From Vitrella brassicaformis CCMP3155 (Eukaryota; Protista; Chromerida), in contig CDMY01001044.1 in the NCBI GenBank assembly GCA_001179505.1, forward strand, positions 1 to 5,193: a stretch of 5,193 nt of DNA, in the 5' to 3' direction. Shown here piece after piece: positions 1 through 5,193 of this stretch. Every line of letters starts with the position of its first letter. Position 1 is the stretch's first letter. Made by a program: the position numbers and the translations under genes. The notes beneath the pieces were generated by a model. That model was not told where the DNA came from, searched no databases, and saw only the letters and a list, made by a program, of their open reading frames with translations.

Positions 1-92
1 CACACTTCCAGTCATCTGAGCCGAGCGCCTTCATCAGGGCCACAGACAGGGGCGAAGGGCATCGTGAGCACTTCGCAACAATCTTCAATTTC

Positions 93-1746
93 TTATCCCA
101 CAGGTACTTCGCTGTACACTTCGGTCTCAATAGAATAGACATTTACTCTCAGCGATATCAATACTTTCTTGTTCATATTCGCTTGAGATATGTACTGTAT
201 AAGATTGTCAAAGGGTATTGCTTCTCGGTCGGCTCTGAATTAATAGCTTGCAGCGCTTTTGCATGAAAGCGAGGCCGACTTTAGTCGTAGCACAATATGC
301 TAGGCCTGCGATAGTCATCGTAACCATTGAAATCGGTATGAGTCTGCAAACATGATATTATATTATAGACATCGCCATATTTCAAAAGACGCACTGCACT
401 GTCCTGTGCTCTGTTATCCGTGTAACACTTACATGCCAAACATAGATATCTTGTCGCTGGATTGTTTGACAGAAGGAAATATGAGGGTATCAAGAAAAAG
501 AAAAGAGTCTCATTTCATACACGCGAAAACTCTTTCGTTTATGCCTGTATTCAGAGACATCCTGTCGAAAAGGAAATCTGACCCATAAGATATTGCCTGA
601 AAGCGGTAATGGAAAGCACCTATGTTTGTATACTTGTTTTTTTTCGACTAAATCATCCTTTCTTCCCATCCCTTTACTCACCCAAAGTGATATAGAAAAG
701 AATCATTCCAAGCGCCAGCAGAATGTAGGAAAAAATGAGATAATACTTTACAAGCTGCTACCAGATAGCAGCCTTCTCTGGAGCATGGCGAACTTGAGAG
801 AAGACTGGAAGTTTTTGGTTGACAAGCGACAGAGTAAAGGCAGAGAATGTTGAAAGGAGAAGGGAGAATGAGGAATCCGTATTGATATGTATGCATATAT
901 CACTTACCAAGGCTGAGATACAGCGTATTGGACGAGATGAGAGCAAGGGTAAGGAATGCTGTCGACAACCCACCACTAATGAGGATAATAGTAGAGCTGC
1001 CGGCATGAAAGTGGCTAATTTCTTTCTTCTTCCTTATGCGCCAAGCCCTCATATATCTGAACAAGAAAAATTACCGCATTCAATCTATATCAGTATGGGT
1101 TAGCACTTCTAGCTCTTCTACTGTGTCGGAAAGTCCGCTTCAAGGAATTGAGCTGCAATTTTCACACGATCATCATCGATTGAAAGCGGTCCTCTAGCTA
1201 TATCAGCCATTGCATTCTTCAGCTCTGTCTTGACGTCAAATATACTTCCATCCTCCCAAGTTGCATTCCATCGGAAGGAAGGTTGCTCAGTCTCCATCAC
1301 CTGTCCGAGCGAAATGAAAGAAAGAGTGTATGAAGTTAAGCAACTTGCTGCAATTCTTCTCCAAGTTGCCCCCTCTAAGCGTTTCCTGCCTGAATGGAAT
1401 CTCCGAAAGCAGGCTCGTTTTCGGGAATTCTGCTGTGATGATCAATAAGTGCGGAGAAGAAGTCAGCCCTCTGCCATTCCTCTGCTCCAATAGTGGCAAA
1501 AAGGCCTACAGAAAAGGCAAGCATTAGTGCAGCAACAACACCTGCACACAAGCACACACGGTCATACAAAACAAAGAATGGACTGCAATCATGCATGACA
1601 CCCCAAAATGCAAGTGCTTTTGTAACTCTCCCACCCAGATTCATGAGCAGTCCCTCAATATCTTCATATGACTGGTAATGGTTGACACGCTTCTCTGTAC
1701 CTACAATATGTCCACCACTCGGCTTCCCGGCCTTTCCGGAGATCAT
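93..1746 (-). pseudogene. Spliced gene for an uncharacterised ~4-TM membrane protein (~326 codons) with one in-frame TAG; probable pseudogene or recoded gene
   Basis: Hand-built exons (minus strand): 1635-1746 (frame open to 1800, so the start is uncertain), 1390-1541, 1122-1300, 908-1056, 682-804, 521-596, 433-456, 280-343, 93-194. Donors are GTGGGA, GCAGGA (GC, inferred), GTAGAA, GTAAGT, GTGAGT, GTATGA, GTAAGT, GTCGGC; all acceptors are CAG; all eight intron phases match. Product includes ...YEDIEGLLMNLGVVAALMLAFSVGLFATIGAEEWQRADF...FPTQYMRAW...TIILISGGLSTAFLTLALISSNTLYLSLVF...AAIW*QLVKYYLIFSYILLALGMILFYITLGNILWVRFPF...SMFGILIPISMVTMTIAGLAYCATTK...VPVG*. It has four hydrophobic stretches. 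The TAG at 758-760 is about codon 213, before helices 3-4. The 3' end (TAA 93-95) and the exon 2/3 junction are less certain. Family not recognised by name. Confidence 0.65.
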
Positions 1747-1800
1747 CGTGCTCACAGCTGCGGAAGAAGTCCCTTTACGAATCTCTTCCGGGAGGGGAGT

Positions 1801-2629
1801 TCACGATGACGCGATGGATGGGCTGGATGTGATACATTGAGGGGCGATCAAGAAGGGACGCTGGGAGGGCGAACCGACGGCAAGGAGGCATATTCCTCGC
1901 ATGCGTGCGAGCTTGAAGCCGATGCGAGCTTTGCTGTGCGATTCTCGACACATCGAAAAGTTCTTCATCTATTTGTCCGGCTTTTGCCTCGGTCCGTGTG
2001 GAGAAGCAGGTGCTTAGCCAGCGCAAATGGCACAGCAGTAATGCAAAAAGTCAGTGGCGTGCGTGTGGCGCCCTGCTTCTCTGTCTGTACAATGCGTGAC
2101 TAATGCGTGGCGGACTGATGCGTACGTGTGTCTGTCGTGCGTGCCTTCCTCTCTGTCTGTCCGATGCGTGTCTAATGCGTAAGGGAGGGAGGGGCAGACT
2201 GATGCGTGTGTTTGTCTGCACGGACAGCGATGCGTCGCTCTGTACATACATACATTGCTTGTCTACATATCGGACGACGATGGTCAAACCTTACTTAAAT
2301 CCCTGTCCACTCCACATACTCATCCTGTCCATCCAAAACCCTCAACCCCTCACAAGGAATGCACTTGGAACCCTGATAGCTCGCTTAAAAGCTCGCTATA
2401 CGGGTTCGAAGTGCATTCCTTGTATACACAACAGATTCTGCAATGAGTGTGTCATCGTCATGAGAGGAGAAAAACGGGGGGATCTTCCCATGCTTCGTTT
2501 CACCCTGACCCGAACGCACGGCAGCTCGAGGATGCTCGTTCGTTTATTAGCCTCGTGAGCATGCTGTGTGTATGATGGAGATCTACATATATAACGAGGA
2601 TCTAAATCCGAGGACTAATACTCACTTGA
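1801..2629. promoter_or_regulatory. Putative bidirectional promoter/5'UTR region between divergently oriented genes
   Basis: Lies between the 5' ends of the minus-strand membrane-protein gene and the plus-strand sirtuin. Contains the ATGCGT cluster and a TATATAA at 2588-2594. Function is inferred from position only; an upstream exon of gene 1 within 1801-2030 cannot be excluded. Confidence 0.35.
2078..2235 (+). repeat. Imperfect ~72-bp tandem duplication containing seven ATGCGT hexamers
   Basis: Unit 1 from 2078: TCTCTGTCTGTacaATGCGTGaCTAATGCGTggcgGACTGATGCGT. Unit 2 from 2150: TCTCTGTCTGTccgATGCGTGtCTAATGCGTaagggagggaggggcaGACTGATGCGT. ATGCGT starts at 2092, 2103, 2118, 2164, 2175, 2202 and 2230. 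Confidence 0.85.
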
Positions 2630-3906
2630 ATGCCCCTGCGGTCAGCCTCGCTGCCCGAGACGCTGGCTGTGATTCTCAATGACGAAAACACCGAGGTGCT
2701 CATCGTCACAGGTAGGTTGGTGATGATGGATGGTCGGCGCATGACAAAGCCTTTTTGATCTGAGGAATGCACCGATGTTGTAGGTGCCGGCCTCTCCAAA
2801 GCATCTGGGGTGCCTCTATACCGCTCAGAGAGCGGACAAGCTGACCCCTTTTATGTATGTATGATAATGTATGAATGCATACACTTCAGTGTCAGCGGTG
2901 TGCACATGTGCACAGACAGGAGAACTAATTCACTCAATCGTGCCTGTGTGTTTGTTCGTGGGTTACATGCATTACAGGAACGATGCGGGAGGCGTCAGGC
3001 ATTCCTCGCTGACCCTGAGGCCGCATGGGGGCACTGGCGGCACATCCACGACACACCAGCCTGGCGAAACGCACAGCCAAACGTAGGGCACTTTGCGCTT
3101 AGCGTTTTGGCGGAACACGGTAACGGCAGGATCAAAATCATCACCCAAGTGAGCAAGTTGGTGACGGGGAGAAAGGTGACGGGGAGGAAGTCTGAATGGC
3201 ATTCGATGGGTGTGTCTTTCCTTCAATGTTTGTTCAATTTTGATATTCATCCATGCAGAACGTCGATGGCCTGCTGGTGCAGGCGGGATGTCCCTCTGAC
3301 CACGTCATTGAGATCCATGGCCGCCTCGGAGCCTTTCGGTGCAGCAATACGACCTGCCATCGGTCCACACGAGACCCTATCGTCGATACCCAGCACAGGT
3401 CGTGCCCCGATTGTGGCACAGAGGCCCTGCTGCCCCTGGTGCTGCTGTTCGACGAGTCACTGGGGTTCCATCAAGAAGACGAGTGTCATAAAGCCTTCCA
3501 GGCGCACAAAGCACAAGTCAGTAAGTCAGCGAATGGATTGATGAATGGACGGGTGCATGGATGATGGCGTTGTGTTGCCTCTTTTTCCCTTCATCCCTCT
3601 TTTTTTCAGGAGTGGATGCGTTGGGCTGACGTGCTCTTGCTGGTGGGTACGTCATGCAGCACACAGGCCACAGACCGAGCGCTCGAGCTGGCTTCAAAGC
3701 GCCATGTGCCCATCTGGATCATCAACCCGGCGTCCGTACAGCCGCTCGAGTACAACACGTACGGCCCCCCTGGCTGCAGGCCGTCCACAGAGGAGGTGGA
3801 CGGGCGGTGCGTGCGGCACATCCGAGAGCGTGTGGAGGACATCGCCATGCGGCTGCTGCCAAACGATGACCTCAGGGCACACGTCAACGCAAGAATGGCT
3901 GCATGA
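2630..3906 (+). CDS. SIR2: NAD+-dependent protein deacylase, Sir2/sirtuin family (5 exons, 292 aa, intact)
   Basis: join(2630-2711,2784-2854,2978-3148,3259-3516,3610-3906) = 879 nt. Introns are GT-AG, 72/123/110/93 nt. ATG at 2630 follows an in-frame TGA at 2627. Spliced motifs occur in canonical sirtuin order: VLIVTGAGLSKASGVPLYR (GAGxSxxSGIPxFR), AQPNVGHFAL, IITQNVDGL, IEIHG (catalytic His), Zn ribbon CSNTTC...CPDC, LFDE (usually FGE), ADVLLLVGTS, IINP. Splice junctions fall inside TG|AG and TQ|NVD and recreate these motifs exactly. The symbol is family-level only; no orthology to a specific SIRT is claimed. Confidence 0.92.
2899..2914. repeat. Perfect 16-bp palindrome TGTGCACATGTGCACA, i.e. 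(TGTGCACA)x2, in sirtuin intron 2
   Basis: Read directly from the sequence; it equals its own reverse complement. Confidence 0.85.
3160..3186 (+). repeat. 12-bp direct repeat GGTGACGGGGAG x2 (15-bp period) in sirtuin intron 3
   Basis: Copies at 3160-3171 and 3175-3186, 11 nt downstream of the GTGAGC donor at 3149. Confidence 0.75.
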
Positions 3907-4274
3907 TGCAGGGCAGAAGCAGCAACAAGGGGCGCAAGGAAGCGATCGGGGGAGTGGATGCTTAGAGTGAGAGAGTGGCTGGACGATGGCCATGGGGGTA
4001 CATGTAGGGAGGTGTACATATAGACAGAGTGGTTGCTTGCATTTGGAGGAAAAAGGCGATGAGATATGCAGTGCAATCGCCCCAAACAGGTTGTTGAACT
4101 GATGATGCAATGTGTCAGTCCATCCGTGCGGCATTGATGGGTGTGTTCCATCCAACACGTCCCCACGTGCAGATAGACCATATACAGTACACTCTCTAGA
4201 CACGCTGACTGTCTCACGCACTGCCCCTTGCCAGGGCGTCCATGTATCCATATGAATGCATGCACTGTGCCGGC

Positions 4275-5115
4275 TCAGCGTGCATCGAGCACCACCCTCT
4301 CATATGCACCCCGGTACCTCCGCACATCCACACCCGCCCGTTTTCTCAGCATGCCCATGTTTCCAACCACCTCCACCACTTCATACGCATCCTTCAGGTC
4401 ATTTTTGATGAACGATATGTACCGCCCGATGTCGTGCAGCATCACGGTGCTCTGCAGGGGGGATGTGTGTTTGAGGGCCTGGATGAGACAGGCCAGGTGG
4501 AAGCGGCCGTCGATGAGCACGCCGTCGTATGTCTGGGGGCCCTGATGGCGCTCACGCAGAAGGTCCATCACCTGCAGACACCGACACGACACAAAGAACA
4601 TTTATTGGAGTGGGGGAAAGAGGCCAGGTTGCGTCTGTGTCTCTGTGTGTGGGCTCATCCCACCTCTACGTAAGGCTTTTTGAATGCCTGACATCTTTGT
4701 CTGACGGCCTCTGTCTGCTCCTCAGGTCCGTGGCTCATTCGGTAGCCGTGCGGCAGCCCCTACTTACCTATACGCACACACAGACACACATGCGCTACGT
4801 CCTCAAATGACGCGCGAGGAACCCGGACCTGTCTCAACATGGCTGGGATTGGCGCAGAGGAATGTGAGTTTTCCCTCTCTCACGAGGTCCTGCACAGAGC
4901 ACTGGTCGTCGTCGTCGTGTGGCAGTGATTGCAGCCGTTCGCACCAAGGCAGAGAACTTTCTATCGAATACAAATGCTTCTCCAATGGGCAGAAAGAGGA
5001 ACGTTGTTGAGGGCCTCGACATCTGGCTTACTGACCACTTAGGGCGCTATCATAAAGGTGGACCCCCCACTGCCCCTAGACACACCTCGAACACCACGGC
5101 ATAGGGGGGGGGAAA
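4275..5115 (-). pseudogene. Class I SAM-dependent methyltransferase-like gene, 5'-incomplete in the window, disrupted (probable pseudogene)
   Basis: Exons (minus strand): 5084-5115, 5036-5075, 4829-4979, 4664-4767, 4275-4571 (TGA at 4275-4277). Reconstructed product: FPPPYAVVFEV/GSGGSTFMIAP*V/KHLYSIESSLPWCERLQ...KLTFLCANPSHVET/GK*GLPHG...FKKPYVE/VMDLL...YDGVLIDGRFHLACLIQALKH...VMLHDIGRY...LRKRAGVD...*. VFExGSGGST matches SAM-binding motif I, SIES the acidic end of strand beta-2, and D.VLIDGR plus MLHD the later strands, as in Methyltransf_24-like proteins (recalled, not searched). Lesions: 8-nt segment 5076-5083, TAA 5039-5041, TAG 4760-4762. Confidence 0.75.
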
Positions 5116-5193
5116 CTGTCATTAACCGTAACACTCGTCTGTGTGTCCGTGATACTCATACAAATACAGTCCCATCAGCACGCAGAGTCAAAC

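Noticed and set aside
457-681. Apparent in-frame TGA (MK*DSF) when acceptor 620 is used
   Set aside because: Using the acceptor at 597 and the intron 457-520 gives an open, phase-consistent path (TLGNILWVRFP...SFRV|DKIS).
1057-1121. Apparent cluster of in-frame stops (TAG/TAG/TAA/TAG) after FPTQ in gene 1
   Set aside because: They lie in a 65-nt phase-2 GT-AG intron with a CTAAC branch-like motif; splicing gives FPTQYMRAW.
2078-2235. CRISPR-like repeat-spacer array
   Set aside because: Repeats are only 6 nt with irregular 5-40 nt gaps, there are no cas genes, and the context is eukaryotic.
2336-2342. Telomere/telo-box-like AAACCCT
   Set aside because: One copy with only degenerate neighbours; expected by chance.
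1775-2558. Intergenic ORFs (1775-2026, 1837-2103, 2014-2247, 2051-2287, 2103-2558, 2255-2446)
   Set aside because: Translations are dominated by the TG/CA and ATGCGT repeats (R/T/H/C/V-rich) with no domain signal.
2810-3541. 243-aa ORF as a stand-alone protein
   Set aside because: It is a composite of sirtuin exon 2, open intron 2, exon 3, intron 3 and an off-frame reading of exon 4. The motifs are only complete after splicing.
2712-3609. Three of four sirtuin introns have lengths divisible by 3
   Set aside because: Across all 15 modelled normal-length introns only 4 are 3n, which is chance level; two of the three contain in-frame stops.
2630-3906. Prokaryotic Sir2 anti-phage NADase (Thoeris/DSR/SPARSA type)
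   Set aside because: The gene has four spliceosomal introns, retains the Zn ribbon and classical deacylase layout, and has no defence-operon partners.
4257-4264. TGCATGCA, a known ApiAP2-binding motif
   Set aside because: Single copy downstream of both flanking genes in ATGC-rich sequence; no supporting context.
3545-4673. Long ORFs 3545-3970(+), 3606-4265(-), 3694-4251(-), 4228-4545(+), 4242-4673(+)
   Set aside because: Alternative-frame or antisense shadows of GC-rich real exons plus UTR; no recognisable motifs.
4905-4918. (GTC)4 microsatellite
   Set aside because: Simply encodes a DDDD run inside a methyltransferase exon.

Overview
Eukaryotic, intron-rich genomic DNA. Introns are short GT-AG type (about 55-125 nt) with TG/CA- and GATG-rich sequence. 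This style recalls chromerid alveolates such as Vitrella, but that is an impression only. The supplied ORF track is mostly misleading because the genes are spliced. Manual splice reconstruction gives three genes. (1) A minus-strand, 9-exon gene (93-1746) for an unnamed protein with about 4 transmembrane helices; all intron phases agree, but there is one unavoidable in-frame TAG (W*Q) at 758-760. (2) An intact plus-strand, 5-exon Sir2-family (sirtuin) gene at 2630-3906, 292 aa, with several non-canonical motif residues. (3) A minus-strand, 5'-incomplete class I SAM-dependent methyltransferase-like gene (4275-5115), convergent with the sirtuin. It carries an in-frame TAA, a probable in-frame TAG and an 8-nt GT..AG frameshifting segment, so it is most likely a young pseudogene. 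The spacer between genes 1 and 2 holds an imperfect 72-bp duplication with seven same-strand ATGCGT hexamers. The most notable signal is that the premature stops in both flanking genes are TAG/TAA at Trp-compatible positions. Ordinary decay is the default explanation; G-to-A hypermutation, stop-restoring A-to-I editing or UAR recoding are testable alternatives. No rRNA, tRNA, CRISPR array or mobile element is supported.
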